Of a DNA stretch of 64,000 nt, positions 35,114-42,073 are shown in pieces. This stretch comes from a virus. A program made the translations under genes and the position numbers. How positions within the stretch are numbered: the stretch's first letter is position 1; each line of letters begins with the position of its first letter. The stretch is from positions 32,001 through 96,000 of the IMG/VR virus record IMGVR_UViG_3300045988_088815. One strand, given 5' to 3'. Under the pieces are notes generated by a model. It searched no databases, was not told the DNA's origin, and worked only from the letters and a program-made list of their open reading frames with translations.

Positions 35114-35124
35114 CAGATAGTAAT

Positions 35125-35277
35125 ATGAAAGCAAGTGAGTTGATAGAGCATTTAAAATCTTACATTGACATCACGGGTGGAGATTGTGAAGTACTTGTAT
35201 TTGATAAAGCAGATATTTCTTGTGATATTAAGAATACTTCTACAGATGGTGATTATATATTTCTACACATCATCTGA
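35125..35277 (+). CDS. small hypothetical protein (50 aa)
   Basis: Internal ATG of the 63-aa track ORF. Confidence 0.4.
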   Translation: MKASELIEHLKSYIDITGGDCEVLVFDKADISCDIKNTSTDGDYIFLHII

Positions 35278-35306
35278 TAAATACACAACGAAGACACCAG
35301 AGTAAA

Positions 35307-35343
35307 TAACTATCCCTTATGGGATATAAATATAAGTAATATG
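35307..35343 (+). repeat. intergenic unit U1 (hairpin, GGGATATAAATA, start codon)
   Basis: TAACTATCCCTTATGGGATATAAATATAAGTAATATG; homologous to U2 and U3. Confidence 0.6.
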
Positions 35344-35520
35344 GTAGTATTGTTAACGATTTTAGGAACTATCTTTCTGATAGTTAGTGCAATATTTTGG
35401 TCAGAAACGCCAAAGTTGAGAACAGTAAGTATTGTAATTGCGACAGTGGCAGCAATACTTATGACCTTATGTTATGTAGGCTCTGTGCTTGCACAATATA
35501 TGATAGAATTTACGAAATAA
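35341..35520 (+). CDS. small two-TM membrane protein (59 aa)
   Basis: Hand translation MVVLLTILGTIFLIVSAIFW...IVIATVAAILMTLCYVGSVL. Confidence 0.45.
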   Translation: MVVLLTILGTIFLIVSAIFWSETPKLRTVSIVIATVAAILMTLCYVGSVLAQYMIEFTK

Positions 35521-35521
35521 T

Positions 35522-35563
35522 TAACTAACCATCCTGCAAGGGATATAAATAGAAGAGAATATG
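35522..35563 (+). repeat. intergenic unit U2 (hairpin, GGGATATAAATA, AGAAGAGAATATG)
   Basis: TAACTAACCATCCTGCAAGGGATATAAATAGAAGAGAATATG. Confidence 0.6.
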
Positions 35564-36343
35564 AAGGAATTAAGAAAGAAAACATTTAAGAATGGTGTCG
35601 TGTATTGCCTTCAATTAGAAGATGGTTTCCTTGTTGAAACGACAGATACATTCTTGCCTTATTACACCAAAGATGCAATAGGCAGACATCAGAATAAGCT
35701 CGACAACAATGAGCTTGGCGACCGCACGGAACGTTGGATGATAGGAGTATCTACAATGAGTGGGTGTCCAGTAAGATGCAAGTTCTGTGCTACAGGCAAC
35801 ATGAAACGTTATCGCAATCTTACGGCAGAAGAAATTGTTGAACAGGTTGAATTTGCCATCAACAAGGCAGGTGCTGACCCAAGCAAAGCAAAAGAGTTTA
35901 AGATTAACTATACTCGTATGGGCGAGCCATTCCTCAATATTGATGCAGTCAAGGATGCTATCCGCATTATTACTGAGAAATACCCAAATACTCATCATTA
36001 CGTATCAACGATTGGCATTAAGGGAAGCGATTTCTCTTTCATTAAGGGAAATATTACGTTACAGATTAGCTTACATTCATTTGATGATGACAAGCGTAAT
36101 TGGTTGATTCCTTACAAGAACAAGATGACTATTCAAGAGTTAGGTCAGATTCGCACAGAAAGCAATCTGAAGACTACAATCAATCTTACACTTGTTGACA
36201 CTTCCGATTTTGATGCAGAAAAGCTGAAAAAATGGTTTGATAAGGAGCATTTCTTCGTGAAGTTGTCTCCTATTAATGTGAATAACATATCAGAGAAAAA
36301 TCACCTCGGCAATGGTGTTGTAGAAGGAATTAATTTAGTATGA
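35561..36343 (+). CDS. RlmN/Cfr-family radical-SAM methylsynthase core, C-terminally truncated and lacking the resolving Cys
   Basis: VET..., GVSTMSGCPVRCKFCATG (CX3CX2C in the RlmN context), RNLTAEEIVEQV, RMGEPFLN, STIG, LQISLH and KLSPIN align by eye with E. coli RlmN residues ~100-320. Confidence 0.8.
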   Translation: MKELRKKTFKNGVVYCLQLEDGFLVETTDTFLPYYTKDAIGRHQNKLDNNELGDRTERWMIGVSTMSGCPVRCKFCATGNMKRYRNLTAEEIVEQVEFAINKAGADPSKAKEFKINYTRMGEPFLNIDAVKDAIRIITEKYPNTHHYVSTIGIKGSDFSFIKGNITLQISLHSFDDDKRNWLIPYKNKMTIQELGQIRTESNLKTTINLTLVDTSDFDAEKLKKWFDKEHFFVKLSPINVNNISEKNHLGNGVVEGINLV

Positions 36344-37107
36344 AAAAGGGTATTTTCAGATATAGAATTATCACAAATCTGAATTGCAACATGAACGAAA
36401 GTACAGGAGTAAACGGAAATTGTTACTTCTGCTACCAAAAGTTTAAGTCACCATTGCGACTGGATTGTGATAAGATGGAGGAAACTTTGAAGAAGGTTGG
36501 TGTTCTGAAAAGAGCAACTATCATGGGAGGCGAAAGCTTGCTCAATCCAGATTTGGTAAAGATTGTAAAGATAGTCAGCAACTATACATCTGATGGTATC
36601 TGTCTTGTTACAAATGGAATACTGCTTAATGAGGACATCATCGTTGCATTGAAAGATGCCGGATTAACTGAGGTTGCTATCAGCGTGTCTTCTATCGAAC
36701 AGTACGAAAGACGTAGAGATATGGCACTTCTGTGTAAGGAGATTATTCCAAACACAAGAATAAACATTCCTAAGTGCAAGGAAAGTTTGAATCCACAACT
36801 ACTGAAAACAATACTATCAGATGGTTTCTATAGCATTGTATGCGAAGATTTACAGGCAAGGTATGGTGAGATAAGACTCCCAGATGGTTCTGTAAAGGTT
36901 GGTGATGACGGATATGGATTCTATGATTACAAGTGGAATGGACATACATTTGGAGTATTTGGCAATTATGGGAAGTACAACAGAAGCGATATTATCATAA
37001 CTCCTCTTGGAAATTTCTGTGATTGGGAAAAGTATTGCAAGGCCGTTAAGAACAATGAGCTTGTAAGAAGAAATAATCATATTGATGATGACAAAATTGT
37101 GCATTGA
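36340..37107 (+). CDS. second radical-SAM enzyme (MoaA/SPASM-like core) with spaced cluster motif CX11CX2C
   Basis: ITNLNCNMNESTGVNGNCYFC, IMGGESLLNP and LVTNGILL; ATGA overlap with the upstream gene. Confidence 0.65.
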   Translation: MKKGIFRYRIITNLNCNMNESTGVNGNCYFCYQKFKSPLRLDCDKMEETLKKVGVLKRATIMGGESLLNPDLVKIVKIVSNYTSDGICLVTNGILLNEDIIVALKDAGLTEVAISVSSIEQYERRRDMALLCKEIIPNTRINIPKCKESLNPQLLKTILSDGFYSIVCEDLQARYGEIRLPDGSVKVGDDGYGFYDYKWNGHTFGVFGNYGKYNRSDIIITPLGNFCDWEKYCKAVKNNELVRRNNHIDDDKIVH

Positions 37108-37528
37108 TTTCGGAAGTGGCTATAATCCAAAGGCTGGATATAAAACTTGCGATATAACAACCTTTCCACAATTGGATTTTCAGTATGATGGGAAAGATGA
37201 GATTGTCGGTCTTAGAGAAAAATCAGTAGATGTATTTTATCTAAGAAACGTTGTTCATCATATCCCAGATTTACAGAGAACTTTTATAACCTTGAAGAAG
37301 TATCTGAAGGTAGGTGGGAAGCTAGTTATCATTGATTGCAATAAAGGTCATTATAAGACAAATGTATTTCTTGACAATTTATGGTATAGATTTGTTGGCA
37401 ATAACAACGAAATCTTTATCAGTAAACAGTATAGAGATTACATTAACGTTTTGATAAAGTTAGGTTTTAAGCAATTATATTATAAATCATTTAAAGAAAA
37501 GGAGATTACTAAGTATGAATGCAATTAA
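37082..37528 (+). CDS. class I SAM-dependent methyltransferase
   Basis: CIDFGSGYNP (motif I) and VDVFYLRNVVHHIPD (Methyltransf_11-like). Confidence 0.7.
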   Translation: MMMTKLCIDFGSGYNPKAGYKTCDITTFPQLDFQYDGKDEIVGLREKSVDVFYLRNVVHHIPDLQRTFITLKKYLKVGGKLVIIDCNKGHYKTNVFLDNLWYRFVGNNNEIFISKQYRDYINVLIKLGFKQLYYKSFKEKEITKYECN

Positions 37529-37634
37529 GAATCAATTGGAAAAGATGGGCTACGATTATGCAGTAGCAATCGCAACAAAGGCTGAAATTGAGAATGGAGC
37601 TGCTTGTGGTCAGCTCGCTATTATTTGTGAGTAA
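37515..37634 (+). CDS. 39-aa peptide equal to the detached RlmN/Cfr C-terminal segment with the catalytic Cys (AACGQLA)
   Basis: Hand translation MNAIKNQLEKMGYDYAVAIATKAEIENGAACGQLAIICE. Compare E. coli RlmN [31 protein letters not shown]. Confidence 0.65.
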   Translation: MNAIKNQLEKMGYDYAVAIATKAEIENGAACGQLAIICE

Positions 37635-37635
37635 G

Positions 37636-37689
37636 TAATTAACCACCCTCTCCTTGGCAACAGGGAGAGGGTAAAAAGAAGAGAATATG
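37636..37689 (+). repeat. intergenic unit U3 (hairpin, GGGTAAAA, AGAAGAGAATATG)
   Basis: TAATTAACCACCCTCTCC...GGAGAGGGTAAAAAGAAGAGAATATG; the ends match U2. Confidence 0.6.
37646..37671 (+). terminator. hairpin closing the radical-SAM operon
   Basis: 8-bp stem CCCTCTCC / GGAGAGGG. It is followed by an A-rich rather than T-rich tract, so terminator activity is uncertain. Confidence 0.45.
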
Positions 37690-37983
37690 GACTTAGTAAT
37701 TACAATATTAGGTTGGATTGCATTAGGTGTTATATCTGCTTATCTGTTAGCAATAGTAGGTAAAATAATCTTTGATGCTGCAACCGCTGATTATAAGTTA
37801 TACAAGCATGTAAGATTGTGTCGCAAGAGATTGCTAAGACAGCGATATGAAGATTATGCTTGGCTATTATTCCAGTTAGAGAAAGATACGAAAGTTTTCA
37901 ATCTTACTCATAATACAAGAGATTGGACTTTTGAAGATTGGAGAGAATTTTATCTTAAAAAAGCTAAGGAGGATAAGCTATGA
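37687..37983 (+). CDS. membrane protein (N-terminal TM)
   Basis: ITILGWIALGVISAYLLAIVG. Confidence 0.55.
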   Translation: MDLVITILGWIALGVISAYLLAIVGKIIFDAATADYKLYKHVRLCRKRLLRQRYEDYAWLLFQLEKDTKVFNLTHNTRDWTFEDWREFYLKKAKEDKL

Positions 37984-38114
37984 CTATAACAATACCAATG
38001 TGGCTACTATATGTCGTAGGAGGCATTGTAGCAATCGTATTATTATTTTGTTCGTATGTTGGAATAATTTTTCTGTGGGGTTTTTATGACCCTTTTAAAA
38101 AATTTAGAAAATGA
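37980..38114 (+). CDS. small membrane protein (44 aa)
   Basis: Hand translation MTITIPMWLLYVVGGIVAIVLLFCSYVGIIFLWGF. Confidence 0.4.
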   Translation: MTITIPMWLLYVVGGIVAIVLLFCSYVGIIFLWGFYDPFKKFRK

Positions 38115-38254
38115 ACAAAGATAAAGCAATAGTTCACATTAATAATGTTTCCAAGATGATTGGCTCAAAAAGAATAAAATTAAGTGAAGGCACTACAATT
38201 TATATTCAAAACGAGTTAGTCTTGGCACTTAAAGAGTTGGAGATTAAAGTTTGA
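38111..38254 (+). CDS. small hypothetical protein (47 aa)
   Basis: Hand translation; ATGA overlaps on both sides. Confidence 0.35.
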   Translation: MNKDKAIVHINNVSKMIGSKRIKLSEGTTIYIQNELVLALKELEIKV

Positions 38255-38538
38255 TGAAGAAAATTTATATGATTATAAGAATTTTAACTTGTAAGAAAGT
38301 TATTCTTATCTCAGAGTTAAGTAAAAATTCCTATAAAGTATCCTTTGGTGGTTTATATGAGATTGAAGCAACTAGGGTTCTTAGAAATATTATTTTAACA
38401 AGGAATAGTATGGATAAAGAATTTATAAAAGGTCAGCTTAAAAGTGCTTTGTTTTGGCTCAATACGTCAAATACAAAGAAGAACATCTTGCATGCTAAAG
38501 ATAGTATAAATATGGCAATTAAAGAGTTGGAGGACTAA
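38254..38538 (+). CDS. hypothetical protein
   Basis: 94-aa ORF from the first ATG. Confidence 0.5.
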   Translation: MKKIYMIIRILTCKKVILISELSKNSYKVSFGGLYEIEATRVLRNIILTRNSMDKEFIKGQLKSALFWLNTSNTKKNILHAKDSINMAIKELED

Positions 38539-38539
38539 T

Positions 38540-38743
38540 ATGACAAAGCAAGAAGCAATGGCTTTCGCTATCAGCGTAGGAAAGCCGATAAGGCACAACT
38601 CATTCTCAAAAGGTGAGTTTGTTCGATATGAAGGAAAGGAGTTAGTTGATGAAGAAGGAACTATCCTTCCTCAACAAGAGTTTTGGGCTATCCGTTCAGG
38701 TGGCTCTTGGGAGAATGGATGGGAAGAATATAATGATAATTGA
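38540..38743 (+). CDS. hypothetical protein
   Basis: 67-aa ORF. Confidence 0.5.
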   Translation: MTKQEAMAFAISVGKPIRHNSFSKGEFVRYEGKELVDEEGTILPQQEFWAIRSGGSWENGWEEYNDN

Positions 38744-38745
38744 TT

Positions 38746-38916
38746 ATGACAAGAGAAGAATTACAAAATAAACATGGCGATGCTATCTGTGAGTATTGTA
38801 ACAAGAACATTATCTCAGAATATAACATCGGCATAGGTTGGCTTTGCGAAGGTCAGTATTGTGAGGAAGCACAAGATGGCTACGCAGCAGAAAATAACAT
38901 AGAGTTGGAGGATTGA
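38746..38916 (+). CDS. small Cys-rich protein (56 aa)
   Basis: Hand translation with CEYC...CEGQYC. Confidence 0.4.
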   Translation: MTREELQNKHGDAICEYCNKNIISEYNIGIGWLCEGQYCEEAQDGYAAENNIELED

Positions 38917-38918
38917 TT

Positions 38919-39260
38919 ATGATACAAAAACAGACATGGAAGGATGAAATCAGAATTTTAATAACTGATGAAGAAAATCATGGCTCTGTTCAAATATCCA
39001 TTCCATTATATGTTAGTGATATTTTCGGCAAGGCTGATGCTCTAATATACGCTCTTTGGGTTGATGTTGTTTATAGAAGAAATGGTGTTGCACAACGCCT
39101 GTTACAACTCGCAGAACAACAGGCTAAGTTAAATGGGGTGAAGACAATCGGATTGGAATTTGATAAAGATGAATCTGATAGATTTGTTCTAGATTGGTAT
39201 CTCCGTAGTGGTTATAAATCATTTGATAAGAAAAGTAATTTATTAATTAAAAAAATATAG
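38919..39260 (+). CDS. GNAT-family N-acetyltransferase
   Basis: LWVDVVYRRNGVAQRLLQLAEQQAK matches the acetyl-CoA binding R-x-x-G-x-A motif. Confidence 0.65.
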   Translation: MIQKQTWKDEIRILITDEENHGSVQISIPLYVSDIFGKADALIYALWVDVVYRRNGVAQRLLQLAEQQAKLNGVKTIGLEFDKDESDRFVLDWYLRSGYKSFDKKSNLLIKKI

Positions 39261-39268
39261 TATTAGTT

Positions 39269-39490
39269 ATGTCATGGTTAGCAGTAGATAAAGGTGGCTG
39301 TGAACATATTTTTGCAGAAAAACCTTGCAGAAATGAAAGTAATACATTATGGATTTGCTCTGTCTTATATTTATATGGGCAGAGGTACGCAAATACCGGT
39401 TGCTGTTACCTTCCTAAAGGAAGCATTAAGAAGCTCATCGGAAAAGAATTGTCTTGGAAAGATGAGCCTGTCGAACTTAAAGAAGATTGA
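39269..39490 (+). CDS. hypothetical protein
   Basis: 73-aa ORF; preferred over the overlapping frame 39294-39683. Confidence 0.5.
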   Translation: MSWLAVDKGGCEHIFAEKPCRNESNTLWICSVLYLYGQRYANTGCCYLPKGSIKKLIGKELSWKDEPVELKED

Positions 39491-39491
39491 T

Positions 39492-39683
39492 ATGGAAGAA
39501 TTATTAAAGGCATTATTGGATGTATATATTCCTGTATTAAATGCTAATTGCAAGAAAACGTTTGCATTCTTAGATGAATACGTTCCTCCACCTACAAGGA
39601 AGGAAAGACGTAAACGTGAAAGAGAACTTAAAAAGAAGTTTCCTCTCGATTTGACAAAGTTTATAGAATCACATAGAACTTAA
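39492..39683 (+). CDS. hypothetical basic protein
   Basis: 63-aa ORF from an internal ATG of the track ORF 39294-39683. Confidence 0.45.
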   Translation: MEELLKALLDVYIPVLNANCKKTFAFLDEYVPPPTRKERRKRERELKKKFPLDLTKFIESHRT

Positions 39684-39695
39684 AGAAGAATAGTT

Positions 39696-39953
39696 ATGGA
39701 AACATATAGAATAGTAGATATGTATCGTAAAAGCAAGGCTGTTAAAGGCATACATTACGATTCTCAGGATAATCCAATCCTTGCTTATCGTGTAGATAAG
39801 AGACATTCATTGTTATTTGGACTTATCCATTATTGGGACTATGGCGCATATAACCTTTGCCCAGACTATTTGTTTTCTTCGATAGATAAAGCAGAAGAAG
39901 CTATATTGAAGGTTGATAAAAGTAGAAGAGTAACAATTATTTTATATAAGTAG
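39696..39953 (+). CDS. hypothetical protein
   Basis: 85-aa ORF. Confidence 0.5.
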   Translation: METYRIVDMYRKSKAVKGIHYDSQDNPILAYRVDKRHSLLFGLIHYWDYGAYNLCPDYLFSSIDKAEEAILKVDKSRRVTIILYK

Positions 39954-39956
39954 CTT

Positions 39957-40352
39957 ATGAAAATTAAAGATATTAAGTTCAAGGCTAAACGTCTTGACGG
40001 AAAAGGATGGGTTTGCGGATATTTCTACGAAGAGAATGGTAATACATACATCATTGAGAATCGTCAGAAAGAAAGCAAGTTAAACAGAAATCCCACTTAT
40101 CAGGTTGACCCTTCTACCGTCTGCCAGTTCACAGGGTTGAAAGATAGTGAGGGAAAGGAGATTTGGGAAGGTGATATTCTTCGGGATGTATATTTTGGTC
40201 ATTTTAAGCACTTTGTTATTTTTGCTAACGGCACATTCTTGGCACAAAAGGAAGGTCAATATATAGGTATTCCTCTTAACAAATGTGTAGATAATTTTGG
40301 CAATGTAACTTGCGCAAAAGTTGTCGGCAACAAATTCGATAAAAAGAAGTAG
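39957..40352 (+). CDS. YopX-family protein
   Basis: KFKAKRLDGKGWVCGYFY...VCQFTGLKDSEGKEIWEGDIL is the typical YopX pattern. Confidence 0.6.
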   Translation: MKIKDIKFKAKRLDGKGWVCGYFYEENGNTYIIENRQKESKLNRNPTYQVDPSTVCQFTGLKDSEGKEIWEGDILRDVYFGHFKHFVIFANGTFLAQKEGQYIGIPLNKCVDNFGNVTCAKVVGNKFDKKK

Positions 40353-40355
40353 CGT

Positions 40356-40736
40356 ATGAATATAGGAATTTTATATCTTTGTATGAGTTTTATCTACATC
40401 CTGCTTATTTGCTTGGATGGAGAAGATGTAAAACCGAAATGGAAACAATGGCTAGCTGACAAACTAGGCATCAAGCCAAAGATAGAGGTTAGATACATAA
40501 AGCCACAAGTCGTTAAGCTTCATTCAAGAGTTACAATGTCGAATTTTGAAATGCAATACTATTGCCGTGACAAATCTGGCATGGAGCAATTGAAGAGAAG
40601 AGCAATAGAAAGTGTGTACGATGAAATTCTTAAGGGAATGAAGGCAAACGAATTGGTTTCCATTTCGCAATATAATGACATTTATAGTAATAACACTATT
40701 TATGAGGGGACATGTGAAATTTATAAAAACAAGTAG
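40356..40736 (+). CDS. hypothetical protein with N-terminal TM
   Basis: 126-aa ORF. Confidence 0.5.
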   Translation: MNIGILYLCMSFIYILLICLDGEDVKPKWKQWLADKLGIKPKIEVRYIKPQVVKLHSRVTMSNFEMQYYCRDKSGMEQLKRRAIESVYDEILKGMKANELVSISQYNDIYSNNTIYEGTCEIYKNK

Positions 40737-40739
40737 TAT

Positions 40740-41063
40740 ATGAAGATAAGACAAGCTAAGAAAATCTTGAATATGATGGCGAAAGGAACGGACACACGTT
40801 ACTTCGATTCAAAATATACATTCAAGAAAGAGAGTAGATTCATTCCTAGATTAAAGAATCTCTATCAGAAAGCAACTATCAGATGGAATAAGGTAAATAT
40901 GCCGAGTGCCAACGTTAGTTTGTTTCGTTCAATTTTGAGAACTTCAAAGGAATGCAGTCGTTGTAAACATTTCAATGGTATGCTTGCAGGAAGATGTACT
41001 AAACTACATAAGTATGTTGAAAGCAGCGATTGGTGTCATGGAACGTTTTTTCATAGAAAGTGA
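40740..41063 (+). CDS. hypothetical basic protein (MKIRQAKKI paralog 1)
   Basis: 107-aa ORF. Confidence 0.5.
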   Translation: MKIRQAKKILNMMAKGTDTRYFDSKYTFKKESRFIPRLKNLYQKATIRWNKVNMPSANVSLFRSILRTSKECSRCKHFNGMLAGRCTKLHKYVESSDWCHGTFFHRK

Positions 41064-41070
41064 GGTTGAT

Positions 41071-41340
41071 ATGAAAATAAGACAAGCTAAGAAGATAATG
41101 AAGCAAGTCTATAAGACTAGATATTGGGCATATAGGCAAGGCTATTATTGTGGCAAGAAGGATGCAGGAAAGCTAGCTGGAGACCATCGTTTGTTAAAGG
41201 CTATGCGTCTTACAAAGAAGTGGAAAAGCCGCAAGATACGAAACGAAGCGAATAAAATGTTGAAGAAAAATCCGTTAAAACCGAGGGATCTTCAACGTAG
41301 TGCTTTAAGATTAATGAGATATGGATGTAGCAAAGCTTAA
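41071..41340 (+). CDS. hypothetical basic protein (MKIRQAKKI paralog 2)
   Basis: Internal ATG of the track ORF 40975-41340; same N-terminus as the upstream gene. Confidence 0.5.
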   Translation: MKIRQAKKIMKQVYKTRYWAYRQGYYCGKKDAGKLAGDHRLLKAMRLTKKWKSRKIRNEANKMLKKNPLKPRDLQRSALRLMRYGCSKA

Positions 41341-41656
41341 TCAGGAAATTTTAGGCGTAGATTTGGAATACAAAAACGTCTATATTGATGCGGAGAACAC
41401 AAGAATGATACGTGCCAAATTACCTGATGGGTATTGCGATTTGGTTCGCACAGATGTGTGGAATGGTCGTGTGAATCATCCGGAAGAGCATGATATTGTA
41501 AAATATACGGCAATCTCTTGGTATAGAGAAGAATTTGTCGGTGGAGTTGATTTAGGTCGCAACTATATGCATGCTAAATATAAGTTCTTCGAGTTGGTTG
41601 TGAATAAAAAATATATTTTGGAAATGAAACATAAGAAAAATGAAAATGCTAGATAA
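41321..41656 (+). CDS. hypothetical protein
   Basis: 111-aa ORF. Confidence 0.5.
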   Translation: MDVAKLNQEILGVDLEYKNVYIDAENTRMIRAKLPDGYCDLVRTDVWNGRVNHPEEHDIVKYTAISWYREEFVGGVDLGRNYMHAKYKFFELVVNKKYILEMKHKKNENAR

Positions 41657-42068
41657 TAAGTTAATCATAGATATTCCTAAAGGAATGGAAGTGGATATTG
41701 AAAAAAGTGACTTGAAAGCGGGCATTATAGCATTCAAGAAGAGACCCTTCAGCTATGAGGATGTTATATCTACTTTAATAGACCGTGGTCTTAGTCCTGT
41801 CGTTGCTAATGTTACTAATAGTAATGTAGAGAAAATTGTTGCATTGGATAAGTTAATGGATATAGCTAAATGTTATAATGGAGATTGGAAACCGGATTGG
41901 AATTCTAAAGAATGCAAGCATAATATCATGCGAACCAGCGAATACGGTATTACTTCTAGTAGTGTTTATAACGAAGGTGCTATTTACTTCAAGAACAAAG
42001 AAGATGCCCAAGCCGTTATTGATAATCCGAATTTCAGAAGCATTCTTGATGCAATCTATAAGGACTAA
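41640..42068 (+). CDS. hypothetical protein
   Basis: 142-aa ORF. Confidence 0.55.
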   Translation: MKMLDNKLIIDIPKGMEVDIEKSDLKAGIIAFKKRPFSYEDVISTLIDRGLSPVVANVTNSNVEKIVALDKLMDIAKCYNGDWKPDWNSKECKHNIMRTSEYGITSSSVYNEGAIYFKNKEDAQAVIDNPNFRSILDAIYKD

Positions 42069-42073
42069 GGCTT

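Noticed and set aside
36344-37514. The 1.17-kb interruption of the RlmN-like gene as a group I/II intron or an intein
   Set aside because: The insert consists of two ordinary enzyme ORFs with their own start codons and translational coupling. There is no homing endonuclease, no reverse transcriptase/maturase, no in-frame intein blocks and no obvious intron core structure.
37515-37634. The 39-aa Cys-containing peptide as a RiPP (sactipeptide-like) precursor for the neighbouring radical-SAM enzymes
   Set aside because: Its sequence matches the C-terminal LxxxGY...AACGQLA block of RlmN/Cfr and exactly completes the truncated upstream homolog. No protease or exporter is present. The split-enzyme reading explains the data better.
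39294-39683. The 129-aa track ORF overlapping 39269-39490
   Set aside because: Its first half overlaps a more protein-like frame (LPKGSIKKLIGKELSWKDEPVEL). Only its distal part, from ATG 39492, is kept as a gene.
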